A stretch of 64,000 bases of DNA, from positions 36,410 to 100,409 of IMG/VR virus record IMGVR_UViG_3300031992_000046. One strand, written 5' to 3'. Shown here in pieces: positions 51,360-61,218 of this stretch; position 1 is the first letter of the stretch; the number at the start of each line of letters is the position of its first letter. A program made the position numbers and the translations under genes. The notes under the pieces were generated by a model. The model did no database searches, was not told the origin of the DNA, and was given only the letters and a program-made list of their open reading frames with translations. This stretch comes from a virus. Its lineage: Duplodnaviria > Caudoviricetes.

Positions 51360-51645
51360 CATTGTAATCTGTGTAGTTTCTTCAGAAGCTTCAGCGAACC
51401 GTGCATCGGCGTGCCGCCTGAGCAGCAGTCAGGTCGGGCGTGCGCGGCGCATGGAAGCGAGCATGATTCTTCCTGAAAACCAGAAGGTAAGTCCTTGATG
51501 GAGGTGCCCTCGATGGAATCCGGGTTCAGACATCCGGAATAGGAGATGCTCCTGGGCTCTGGCTGCGGGCTTTCTCATTCCGGCAAATCGGCGCCTCCGC
51601 GAAACGCAAGAGGCTCTCCGTAAAATGGAGATATCCATTACAATG
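51360..51645 (-). ncRNA. Retron-like msr-msd ncRNA D (canonical position upstream of RT)
   Basis: 9-bp IR cattgtaat/attacaatg; GGAUA, hairpin tctcc/ggaga, variant second hairpin gcctc-cgcgaaacgca-agaggc. Confidence 0.8.
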
Positions 51646-51650
51646 TGCAG

Positions 51651-51992
51651 TTATTTGCTTATTCGGTTGTTGGATTTTTCGTAGGTAATGCAGCCGGGGT
51701 CCTCGTACCAGCACCCGTTTTCAAAACGGAACCGCCAGTAATAGTCGTCTTCGCCGCAAAAATCAATCTCCGCTGATTTAAGTTGAATGGACTTTGATAG
51801 GTCAAATAGGGCTTTGAGCGTTGCTTCCTCGTGGTATGTTTCGTCATAGTGTACGACTTCTATTTCGCCGTCGTAAAAATGGACTTCGTTAAAAGCCTCT
51901 TCCAACATGTCTTTAAATCTGTCTTTGAGTGTGAGCGCTCCGACATTCGCAGCGGTTTTTATGACACCTGAACCGTGTGCATAATATCCCAT
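51651..51992 (-). CDS. Hypothetical protein
   Basis: Tiling ORF ending 5 bp before ncRNA D. Confidence 0.75.
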   Translation of the reverse strand: MGYYAHGSGVIKTAANVGALTLKDRFKDMLEEAFNEVHFYDGEIEVVHYDETYHEEATLKALFDLSKSIQLKSAEIDFCGEDDYYWRFRFENGCWYEDPGCITYEKSNNRISK

Positions 51993-52590
51993 TATCTCAC
52001 CCCCTATCCTAAATAAGTTCCGATGACGTGTCTGAGGTGTCCGCGGTAATCAAAGTTTTGCGGGAGCAGGTTTTCGACCCCCTGGCGCACCTCTGCTATA
52101 ACTTCCTGTATGTTGTTGTATGCTGTTGAGAATAGCGTCGGATATCTGCGCAGAGGAATCAGATACAGCACGTTACCTTCAAAAAGAACCCGGGTGTCGC
52201 TATCATAATCATCCCTTCCGTCGTCGAGGATCGCGAACGCCTCGCCGTAAAACTCGCTTGTATAATAACAATCGAGTTCCTCTTCGGCGTTGGCTATATC
52301 ATCCCAGTCGAACTCTTCGACGTTGTTTTTCTTGAGGTTTCTGGCGACGTACCTGATGGCTGCATCGTCGATTAACAAACCGTATTCGTCTACGGCATAG
52401 TTACGCATACTCATATCAAATTACCTCATTGTCACGGAAATTAACCGCGTTTCTATCGTGTCGGGCTCAACACTTACGGCATATTCCGCCGCTTGATTGA
52501 GCGCGTCTTCGGGGGAATCTGCTTCGACTGTGATATTTTTGGTCTCAATGACCCTGATTTCATACTCGCTCATCGTTTCCGCCTTTCAAA

Positions 52591-53073
52591 TCAGAATTTT
52601 ATTTCCAGCGCGACGATGTTTCCATCTGCATCTGTGTACGAATAAACCGGATAACATCCGTCTCCGCAGCCGGATTGTGTGCAGAACCCTTCGTCCGTAA
52701 TCAGGTAGTCTTTTGCGTGTATCTTGTCGCAGAAGGCAAACCACTCGTCGCCATCATAGTCTGGTTTATCCTGATAGAAGCCCGCCAGACCTGCATCAAC
52801 GCCTATCTCGCCGACAAGTTTTGCGTCTGATTCGTTGGTCAGTTTGCCGTCAAGGTAAATCCCACATGCAAACACACGCTGATAGCTATGACGCTTGTCA
52901 TCGATGCCGATGTAGTAATCTCTGCCTTTCCACGCAACGCATTCGTACTCGCCAGGTTTGATTTTAAGACCTTCAATGGTACACCACGTTCCCGCGCTGT
53001 AGCAGGGGTCTGTTGCCGTGACCGGACGCTCGTCGAAATAACGTCGCCCGACGTGGACAGGGTGCAGTTTCAT
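52591..53073 (-). CDS. DUF4241-like protein
   Basis: TDPCY, GVDAGLAGF, SG.GDGCYPVY motifs. Confidence 0.7.
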   Translation of the reverse strand: MKLHPVHVGRRYFDERPVTATDPCYSAGTWCTIEGLKIKPGEYECVAWKGRDYYIGIDDKRHSYQRVFACGIYLDGKLTNESDAKLVGEIGVDAGLAGFYQDKPDYDGDEWFAFCDKIHAKDYLITDEGFCTQSGCGDGCYPVYSYTDADGNIVALEIKF

Positions 53074-53659
53074 CTTTTACCGCCTCGCTTTCCTTCAAAA
53101 TCAAAAATGAGTTTCAGAATATCGTCGAGGTTATAATCGACGCCCTCGTCGAGCGTGAACCAGTCGACGTCAATGAACGCATCTTCCGAAGGCATATAGA
53201 CCGTCGGCGAGATTTCAACCGAGACGTGACCGACAGGGTCTTCTGTGACCATCAGACACATCGAGACGACGTTCCCGTAGTTATCGTCGTGGAAGAATTC
53301 GACGGTTCCGTAAGGTTCGGGATACTCAAAAAAGAACTCGGTGCGTTCGTCGGGGTCTCCGAAGTGGAAACATTCCTGGGATCTGCAAAGTGATAAATCC
53401 AGCATATATTTGCCCTCCTTTTTCCCCTCATCAAACAGGAACAAACGTCTCTTGTATCCTATAGCTTAGCCATGCGCGGTTTTCGTCGGCTTTCTGCCGT
53501 TTTTGTTTCGCAAATTTCTTTGCCTGTTCTTCGGTGTCGAACGTATAGCTTGCGACAAGCTCATCGTTAACCCCCTGCAGACCGGGACAATATTCAACAA
53601 CTACATACTGTTTCTTGTATAGCATTGTTTGCCTCCCGAAAACTGGTTTAATACAAATT

Positions 53660-54331
53660 TTAGAACGCTGTGAGCGTGAAGTTAAAGCCGTCTATGATGA
53701 CCATCTTCTTCAGCCCCTTGTCTTTGACGAAGTTGAGGAAGTTATCGACGCCGAGTGCGCAGATAAGTCGCACCGTCGTCGCAACTCCGAGAACCGTACC
53801 GCAGGCGGACACCGGAACGGCGTCCTCCGCGTCCTCATCGGAAAACTCCATACTCCTCATCAGGTTTTCCCTCTGTCTGAGGTCCGACCAGTCCGCCGCG
53901 AAGTGCTGCGCGGACTCGAGAAGTGTACGGAAATCAAACACGGCTTTGACATTCGGCGAAGCCATATGCTTTTCACAGAACTCACGCCTTATTTTGACGC
54001 TATCGACTGCGAGAAACACATATCCGCTGACAAGTTCGCCCTGCCAGCCATCCGGCTTGAGCTTGATATCGTTTTTTGCCTCGGGGTTGATGTCGAGAAT
54101 CAGGTCTCTGAGCGCCTCGACCTTAGGTTTGCCGACGTCCTGCTCTCTGAACATCTGGTTGACGATGTTTTTGCTTTCGACCTTATCAAAATCCCACAGA
54201 GTGAACTTTGTGAGCCCGCATCTTGCGAGATTTTCCGCGACCGTCGAACCGACTGAGCCACAACCGATGATGTGGATTCTCTGCCTGACGCTTTCAGGCT
54301 GGAAATATTCGTAACTTTTGTTCAGATCCAT
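53660..54331 (-). CDS. ThiF/E1-like adenylyltransferase
   Basis: IIGCGSVGS, DFDKVE..N..NQ, GKPKV, LAVDS, SACG. Confidence 0.9.
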   Translation of the reverse strand: MDLNKSYEYFQPESVRQRIHIIGCGSVGSTVAENLARCGLTKFTLWDFDKVESKNIVNQMFREQDVGKPKVEALRDLILDINPEAKNDIKLKPDGWQGELVSGYVFLAVDSVKIRREFCEKHMASPNVKAVFDFRTLLESAQHFAADWSDLRQRENLMRSMEFSDEDAEDAVPVSACGTVLGVATTVRLICALGVDNFLNFVKDKGLKKMVIIDGFNFTLTAF

Positions 54332-54334
54332 CTT

Positions 54335-55165
54335 TTACCTCCCGTAATACGGCGAGACTCCCTCGTCGTACCATTCTTCCCAGCCCAACTGACCTGCATA
54401 ATAGTCGTCGAGCGAACTGTACTTGGTCGTCTTACTTTCGATATATTTTTCCTGCTTTTCAGTCTTTGCGGGTTTAGACGGCTTGTCTTTCCAGTATGAG
54501 GTCTTCGAGGGTGTGGTATATTTTTTCTCCGAGATGAGTTTTTCGGAGTCGGCAAGGAACTTTTCGATGCCGATATCGTCCATTGAGACGTTTATCACTA
54601 TGTCGTCATCTTCGAACAGGATGTTCTTTGCCATATCGTATATCCAGATATTGCTTTCTTGCTGGCGGTTCCAAATCATAAAGATGTAGAACATCTTCGG
54701 AGTGACCTGGGCGAGCAAATCGCGATAATAATCTTTGTCTGTCGACGACGGCGTCGTACCCATATCGACGTGTGAATGCCCCTGCATACGCAAATCACAT
54801 TTGACTTCCGGCGGAAGGGACATAATCCATTCGCCGTACCTTTCCTCGTCGGCATCGACCGTCGCTCCTGATACTACCTGAGGATACACAAGGATGTCAT
54901 AAATTTCGTAGATGTCGTCGTCGGGGTTTTCTGAACGGCGTGCGAGACCGTGCCAGGCGACCTCTTTGCTGTTCTCGCGGATAATCGCCTGCATTTTGTT
55001 CCACGCGAGTTCCGTGAACTTAATCGTTGCCTTTCTGCGCTTCGCCGTCAACGACCTTTCAAACGAGATTTTTCCGCCGGCGAAGGACTGTTTGCCGAGG
55101 TACTCTTCGAACTCTTTACACAGTTTCGCTTTGTCCTCATCTGTCAGTCTGATCCTTTTGCTCAT
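54335..55165 (-). CDS. JAB/MPN-domain peptidase
   Basis: Catalytic E (KEVAW) and HSHVDMGTTPSSTD (HxH-x7-S-x2-D). Confidence 0.85.
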   Translation of the reverse strand: MSKRIRLTDEDKAKLCKEFEEYLGKQSFAGGKISFERSLTAKRRKATIKFTELAWNKMQAIIRENSKEVAWHGLARRSENPDDDIYEIYDILVYPQVVSGATVDADEERYGEWIMSLPPEVKCDLRMQGHSHVDMGTTPSSTDKDYYRDLLAQVTPKMFYIFMIWNRQQESNIWIYDMAKNILFEDDDIVINVSMDDIGIEKFLADSEKLISEKKYTTPSKTSYWKDKPSKPAKTEKQEKYIESKTTKYSSLDDYYAGQLGWEEWYDEGVSPYYGR

Positions 55166-55175
55166 TGTTTAACCC

Positions 55176-56594
55176 TCACTTTCCGAGATATTCAAGAGCG
55201 CCTTTCCTGTCGACCGCGGTTCCGTCGGGCAGAATAAACGCCTTTGTTCTTTCGAAGATGGTGTCGCACCCCCACATTTTCTGCATAAACTCATCCATAA
55301 CAACATAGTCGGAGAAGTTAAGATTTTCCGCGGATGCGATACACTGCTCTATAGCCGGGATATATTCATATTTTTCAAGCGCACGCTGGATGACCGGACG
55401 GTGTCCGTCGATACAAGCGTGATGATATATATGCGGATTCGGCATGTAGTTCGGATATTCTGCCGGCAAATATATTCCGCTGTGAGCGTCGACATAAAAC
55501 CCGTTCAGCGAAAATCTTCCGAAGAAGTTCAGCTTTATCGTGCGGTCGAGGAATATCGCCGCCATCAAATTTTCTATTTCGTCTGCCGTCGTGTCGCCTG
55601 TATCGCTGTAATACTCGTCATTATCTTCGTTGAAGTACAGGTTGCTGTCCTGGTTGCGGATAAGTTCTTCTGCATAATCCTCGTCGTAATACGTGACGGG
55701 TCCGAAGCAGTCGAACGTCAGCAGGCCGTCCTCCAACGATACAAACTTTATCGACGGGTTTTTGACAAAGTAATCGGCAAGCGATCCGTCGTCGTTCCCC
55801 TCGCGGATTTTTGCACTCAATCCGAACAGTTTCGCATCAAGCGTCTCTTTTTGCTTCATATAATCTGCGATATCTTTCCACAGTCGGGTTATTGCATCTT
55901 CGATGTTTGTCAGGTCGGCTTTCGTTGCATTCCGCTGTCTGCGCAAACCTGAAGTGGCGAACGTGCTAAGGACATCACGCATATACCCGCTCTCCATATC
56001 GTATCCCTCTGCGAGTTTACGCAGGGCGGCGACATAATCAGCCGAACTGTCGTGGAGCAGCGAGTCTCTCAACGCACACTCGTCTTCGCTCAGTCCGTCC
56101 TTAGGATTGTAATACCACGGGAAGCACACGAGGGCCGCGCACTGGTAGTAGTGATATCTTGACGAGTCGTTCTTGTCTGCGAAGAACAGAACGCTCTTCG
56201 TTTCTTCGCACACAAAACATCTGACGTTGGCGCAGGTTGCGAAGAATCCCCGGATTTTTTCGATTTCCTTGAACTGCGGATGCTTCTCAAGGAAATACTT
56301 TGCAAACTCCGCATACCCGTCGTCTGACTGAGATGTGCCTATGTAGTTGAACGTGTTGTGATTGGGCGTCCAATCTTCGCCAAAGCCTCCTTTCAGGTCG
56401 GCGCACGGAAACCCGGATATAAAGGCGAATCTCAGCGTGTCGCCTTCGGGCATTCTTTTATCGAGCATCGCTCTGAGTGTCGCCACGAACGTCGTGTCAT
56501 TGCATTTGCCAGCGTCGCCCCATATTCGTTCATTGAAATAACTGTCAGGCGCGGGACCGCTGAAGGGTGTTGTTGTCAGATAATCCCGAAACAC
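55176..56594 (-). CDS. Putative prokaryotic E2-like protein
   Basis: C-terminal PNPHI....C motif; lies between Ubl and JAB/E1. Confidence 0.5.
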   Translation of the reverse strand: MFRDYLTTTPFSGPAPDSYFNERIWGDAGKCNDTTFVATLRAMLDKRMPEGDTLRFAFISGFPCADLKGGFGEDWTPNHNTFNYIGTSQSDDGYAEFAKYFLEKHPQFKEIEKIRGFFATCANVRCFVCEETKSVLFFADKNDSSRYHYYQCAALVCFPWYYNPKDGLSEDECALRDSLLHDSSADYVAALRKLAEGYDMESGYMRDVLSTFATSGLRRQRNATKADLTNIEDAITRLWKDIADYMKQKETLDAKLFGLSAKIREGNDDGSLADYFVKNPSIKFVSLEDGLLTFDCFGPVTYYDEDYAEELIRNQDSNLYFNEDNDEYYSDTGDTTADEIENLMAAIFLDRTIKLNFFGRFSLNGFYVDAHSGIYLPAEYPNYMPNPHIYHHACIDGHRPVIQRALEKYEYIPAIEQCIASAENLNFSDYVVMDEFMQKMWGCDTIFERTKAFILPDGTAVDRKGALEYLGK

Positions 56595-56699
56595 TTTTCA
56601 ATCCTCCGTTTTTTTGTTCATTTAGAGGGTAACCGGAATCGAACCGGCTTTGCCGCATCCTGCACCCCCATAAAACCGCCCTTGCGGGCGGTTGTTTTT

Positions 56700-56945
56700 T
56701 TACGCGTTCTTCGCGTTGACGACGTTCATCAGGTGAATGTCGCCGTCGGTGTAGCCGAGTTCTCTGAAGGTCTTTCCGAGATCGTCTCCTCTGATGGACA
56801 TACCGGTGATCGTCCACGAACCGGAGTAGATGTCGAATCCGGTCGCACTCTGGTACTCTTCGAGAACCGAGATGACGGTGGTGTCAGCGGACTTAACGAC
56901 TGCGGGCTGAGTGTCGAGCGTGGTTCCTACGATAATTCTGAGCAT
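56700..56945 (-). CDS. Putative ubiquitin-like (beta-grasp) protein
   Basis: 81 aa, Ub-like pattern (T+..+L ... ITG..+....LGKTF.ELG), ends NAKNA; operon context. Confidence 0.6.
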   Translation of the reverse strand: MLRIIVGTTLDTQPAVVKSADTTVISVLEEYQSATGFDIYSGSWTITGMSIRGDDLGKTFRELGYTDGDIHLMNVVNAKNA

Positions 56946-57040
56946 GATATGTTCTCCTTTTTAATAAAAAAATTTTTTTGTTGAGGTAAAAGACGGGCGG
57001 TGTGTCACCGCCCGTCAACGTTCGAAGAGCCGGGTATCGC

Positions 57041-57442
57041 TTACGCGATAACCGTGACTCTCTCCTTGAGCGACGCGATTTCGTCGGCGATAGCCTTGAC
57101 GGTATCGGGGATACCAGCCTCGACCTTGTCGATTTTGCTGATAACCGCGCCGTAGCGTTCGACGACGTAGTCGGTCGCGTCCATCTCAGCCGGCTTACCG
57201 GCGATGGACTCGGTGATGCAGGCAAGTCCGGAGCCGTCGTTCAGTTCGGAGTTGAACACAACACCGTAGTTCCCGACCTCTCCCTTGTTGCCCGTGGCGA
57301 TAACGAAGAGCTGATTGCCTTCGTCATCCTTGAGCGTGAGTGCGTCCGGACGCGCCTTCTCGACTTTCTTGAGATCCTCAAGTTTCTGAGAGGATACGAT
57401 TACGGCGGCGTCCCCAGCGATCACTACTTTTGACATTTGCAT
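57041..57442 (-). CDS. Hypothetical protein upstream of Ubl
   Basis: Strong RBS, followed by hairpin terminator. Confidence 0.75.
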   Translation of the reverse strand: MQMSKVVIAGDAAVIVSSQKLEDLKKVEKARPDALTLKDDEGNQLFVIATGNKGEVGNYGVVFNSELNDGSGLACITESIAGKPAEMDATDYVVERYGAVISKIDKVEAGIPDTVKAIADEIASLKERVTVIA

Positions 57443-59075
57443 GCCCTCCTTAAAAAATGTTTTATATACTCACCTTGCGGTGTAGTATTTGATTTCTGCC
57501 GAGCCGAGTTAAACAATGGAGAACTGGCACAGTGAAACACCCTAAAACAACCGCTTATGCGGCTTGAGCCCGGCAGCGAAGCCACCCTACCGTGAGCCGC
57601 GGACGCGGCGGGCGGCGGGTATTGTCGGATTCTGACCAGCAAAACTGACCTTGCGAAGTTTTCGTTCTGCCGACCTCATCCTTCTTTCGTCGCGGCGAAG
57701 TATAACGCCGCAAGCCCAGAGATGTATTGCTCTGCGCCAGTTTTCGCGGTTGTGCGAAACCCAGTCGATTGTAAACGCAGCCAGCAAAAAAGCCGCCATC
57801 ATTACGAAGTAACTGGCGACTATCTCGTAGATTATCTCTTTCATTTTTCATCCTCTCCGTATAAATTATCGGGGTTGTTGGGCTCGAAGTTCGAATCCGC
57901 AGGCTCAAAACACCGCTCATCCCAGAAACACTCCGAAGCTTTGCAGCCTCCGAGTTCGTCCGGATAGGTTTCAATGTAGTATCTGGGATACTCAACGGGT
58001 GTTGAGTAATACTCGTGTGTGGTGGTGTCGACCCTGGTTATTACCGCTTCCATTCCTGCGAAGTTGAGCATTCCGTCGATGATACAGGCGTTCCCACCGA
58101 TCATCCGTAAAGACTGACGATCAATGATTCTTACGCTGTCGCCCTCGCGGAATTTGGGTTCGTTCATCACTCAGTCACCCCCTCTACCACAATTAACGTA
58201 CAGCGCTTGCCGTATTTGATTCTGTTGGCGAACCGGCGTGCGAGAAACGGGGAAGAGAATCTCTTCGTAATTTGCACGCCCCGTTCGTTCAAGAAAATCA
58301 CGCGAAAAGTTCCATCCATTTCCCCTTCTCCTTTCGTTATCTGTATAAATCTGCGATTTTGTCTTCGTCGGCGTTAAAATTCGGTGCCGGCATTTCAAAA
58401 GCGGTGTAATAGTAGTTCCAGGGGTCTTCTTGTATATGGAACCAACCATAACCCAGATAGCTGCTTGTGCCTGCGATTGTAACCTCTGTGCCAGCGATTC
58501 TCCTCATTGCTTCGTTTGGTGCGGTTTCGCCGGGGAGCACCGGCTTTAAGTACACCCTTTCGCCGGGCTGTAAATGCAACCTTGGATCGTCCAACGGCAT
58601 ATAATCACCTCGTTTCTTTTGTAGCTTTTTCCGCAGCTTCTGTCAGCACTTCGAGCGGGTCGAATTCAGGTAAGTCCCCGTCGTCGTAAAGGGCGGAGAC
58701 CATTTTGTCACTTTCGGGGGTAAAGGAGGCGGCAGGTTCGAAAATCAGCTCGTTCCAGTACCACACCCCCGGGTCTACCGCAAACGCATGGTCGTGTTCG
58801 ACAAAGTAGTTATTATATGGTGCGATTTGTTCGCCGTTGTGACGTACATTTGTCGACGAGGAGCGCTTTCTAATCGTAAGCGATTGCCCAGCGAGCCTTT
58901 TCATATCACGTACAACCCCTGTGCCGCTAAACTCGCGGTAGACCCTTTCTATCCAGTCTGCATCGCGAACGACCACTTCGTCTCCCGGCTGGAGTTCCGG
59001 TGTAATCGGGTCGGGAATGCTTATCCCCCTACGTTCGATTGCCAAATTATTCGCCTCCTTTTGTTTATTTTTTTA

Positions 59076-59139
59076 TGGGTGCGGAGGGAGTCGAACCCCC
59101 GTTAAATTCCCGTGACAGGAAGTCTTCCGAAGCACACCC
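59076..59139 (-). ncRNA. Miniature tRNA-like element
   Basis: GGGTGTG/CGCACCC acceptor, T arm GGGGG-TTCGACT-CCCTC, reduced D arm. Confidence 0.55.
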
Positions 59140-59871
59140 GGAAAGGACGGCGGGGCTCGTTTGAGCCCCGCCTTAGGAAAAATGAAGCGACAAACGATTG
59201 TCGCGATGCCGGTGTGATTAGTTAAACAGTTTATCGACGGCAGCAGAGGATTGCGCTTCGAACGGTTCTTCGACGTGGTGTAATCGGGTAGGTATTAACC
59301 ATTTCCTTGTCCAAAACCAAGTCCGGTTATCTACATCCAAATGGTAGCGGCAGCCATGAAATGTCTCCACAATCTTTGCCCTTCGCCCGGCGTATTGTTG
59401 CATTATTTCGGCACAATAGATAAAGCCGTGTTCATCTTCGCAGCTTTGCAACTTGTCTGCGCTGGTGATGATAACTGTGTCGCCGACTTTGAACATGCAA
59501 ATCCCCCTTTCAAATCAGCGTTTTATATACCATAGACTTCGAGGATGTCGGAAAGTGACCGGTATTCTTCGTTGGAAAGACCGAAGATTTCCAGATAACC
59601 CCGGTTCCAGCAGCAATCTATTGTTATGCCATCCGCATCATAGATCGTTTCCATAGGATCGCCAACCACATTCCTTGTGTCAAAGGTCTGCATTCCGACG
59701 ATACCCCTTGCCATTATGAACGCTCTTACTTTTTCAATTCTTTCGGTCAGATTATTCGTTCCGACTATCATATTACTCACGCTCCTTTTTCATGAGAAGG
59801 AGCCAAGCCCTATAGCGATGAGCCCGACCCATACGGCGATTCCCATATAAACGATGATGTTTATCATTTCC

Positions 59872-60519
59872 TTATTTCCTTTCCATTTTTAAAAATTCAA
59901 TGGGGATCCAAACAGCTTTGAGATGGTCACTGACGCAATGGGTGTCGTTTAAAGCATGGGATTTCGCCCAACGTTCAGCCGACTTGACGCGGCGGAATCG
60001 CCTGAGAACCGTGGGGGCGTCTGGGTCGCCCGTCTGGACTTCCCATTTACGCCGGCACCACACTTTGTAGTCGTGATATTGTTCGAGGAAATCTTCTACT
60101 TTAACCTCATCGCATGGGTTAAAGTATCTGTTGTTCGCTATCAGCGTGTCAACCAACAACCTCGGATTATCGTCGTGGTAAGCCTTGAAAATCATACGTT
60201 CAAACGGGATATCCCAGTATGGATTTGTGTACACATCCGGGTCGCTTAGATACAGACGGTAGTCGTCCGGTATGCTTATACGGGACTCTCTGATTTCAAA
60301 AACCGTGAGTTGCGGAAGAACCGCGACTGCGCGTCTTAATTTGCGCGCTAAAGCCCGTGGGTAGTATGCGGATTCGATTTCGTCATTATTTAATTGGATT
60401 TTGCTTTTTAATTCCAGACGAATCACGCCTGAATCCCGCCAGTAGTGTCCGTCTTTTACCTCTTCGCTATATCGCGGTTCGTGGAAGATTCTCCACACTT
60501 CTTGCAAATCCATACTCAT
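59872..60519 (-). CDS. Hypothetical protein
   Basis: 215 aa ORF with RBS. Confidence 0.7.
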   Translation of the reverse strand: MSMDLQEVWRIFHEPRYSEEVKDGHYWRDSGVIRLELKSKIQLNNDEIESAYYPRALARKLRRAVAVLPQLTVFEIRESRISIPDDYRLYLSDPDVYTNPYWDIPFERMIFKAYHDDNPRLLVDTLIANNRYFNPCDEVKVEDFLEQYHDYKVWCRRKWEVQTGDPDAPTVLRRFRRVKSAERWAKSHALNDTHCVSDHLKAVWIPIEFLKMERK

Positions 60520-60567
60520 TTTTCCGTTCCTTTCGTTCGTTATATAAGCGGCAAAAGCCGAATATAA

Positions 60568-60651
60568 TCAAAAATGGCTTGTTATCGCACAGCAGCCCCA
60601 AAGCGCTTGAAGATCCCGCAGGTCACCACATTCTTCAAGTGATGCGCGACC
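60568..60651 (-). ncRNA. Structured RNA motif copy 1 (copy 2 at 63687-63782)
   Basis: 39-bp near-identical core plus replaced stem. Confidence 0.55.
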
Positions 60652-60813
60652 GCCCTCTGTATCGCCGCAAAAACCGGCGCGGACACAACTCTAAGCGGAT
60701 ATGCGGTCGTAAAACCCACTCTTGTGTCCGTAAATTTAGGAGTTAAACCCGAAAGCATATAGAAAAAGAACGCCGGAAACCCGACGCCCTTGAAATTGCG
60801 TTTTTATGTTCAG

Positions 60814-61218
60814 TTATTTCCCAGCCTTTTTGCGGAAAACATCGGGTACATTGAGTGATAAAACCACGCGACCATCGGTTGTTGCGTGTAGAGAAATCGC
60901 GCAAGCATCTGACAAAACATCTGTCAGACGGGCAATTTGTTCGCGCTTAACCCACAGCAGCTCGAAGGATATTGTTAAACCCCCGACGCATTCTTTCGGG
61001 ATTAGGCGCGTTTCCTCGATTACCCTGTCGTCTTCGTCGAGTAAATCCCATATTGTAGTCAACACCCTGATGAATATGTTGAACTGTGGCGGATTTACCT
61101 CAAAGTCATCGTCGTCTCGTGACGCATAAAAACCCTCGACTGCGTCCCATATTTCACGGAACTCCTCGTAGTCTTCTTTGGTAAAGCTTTCGTCGAAATC
61201 TGCTGGATTAAAAGCCAT
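60814..61218 (-). CDS. Acidic hypothetical protein
   Basis: GGAGG RBS, own strong promoter and terminator. Confidence 0.75.
   Translation of the reverse strand: MAFNPADFDESFTKEDYEEFREIWDAVEGFYASRDDDDFEVNPPQFNIFIRVLTTIWDLLDEDDRVIEETRLIPKECVGGLTISFELLWVKREQIARLTDVLSDACAISLHATTDGRVVLSLNVPDVFRKKAGK

Noticed and set aside
37108-51584. msd regions as recombineering donors for loci in this window
   Set aside because: No homology to other window sequence noticed by eye; BLAST against the full phage and host genomes is still needed
59076-59139. Selenocysteine or opal-suppressor tRNA (TCA)
   Set aside because: Only 64 nt with no proper D arm, long variable arm or U33; no sign of TGA recoding in the genes
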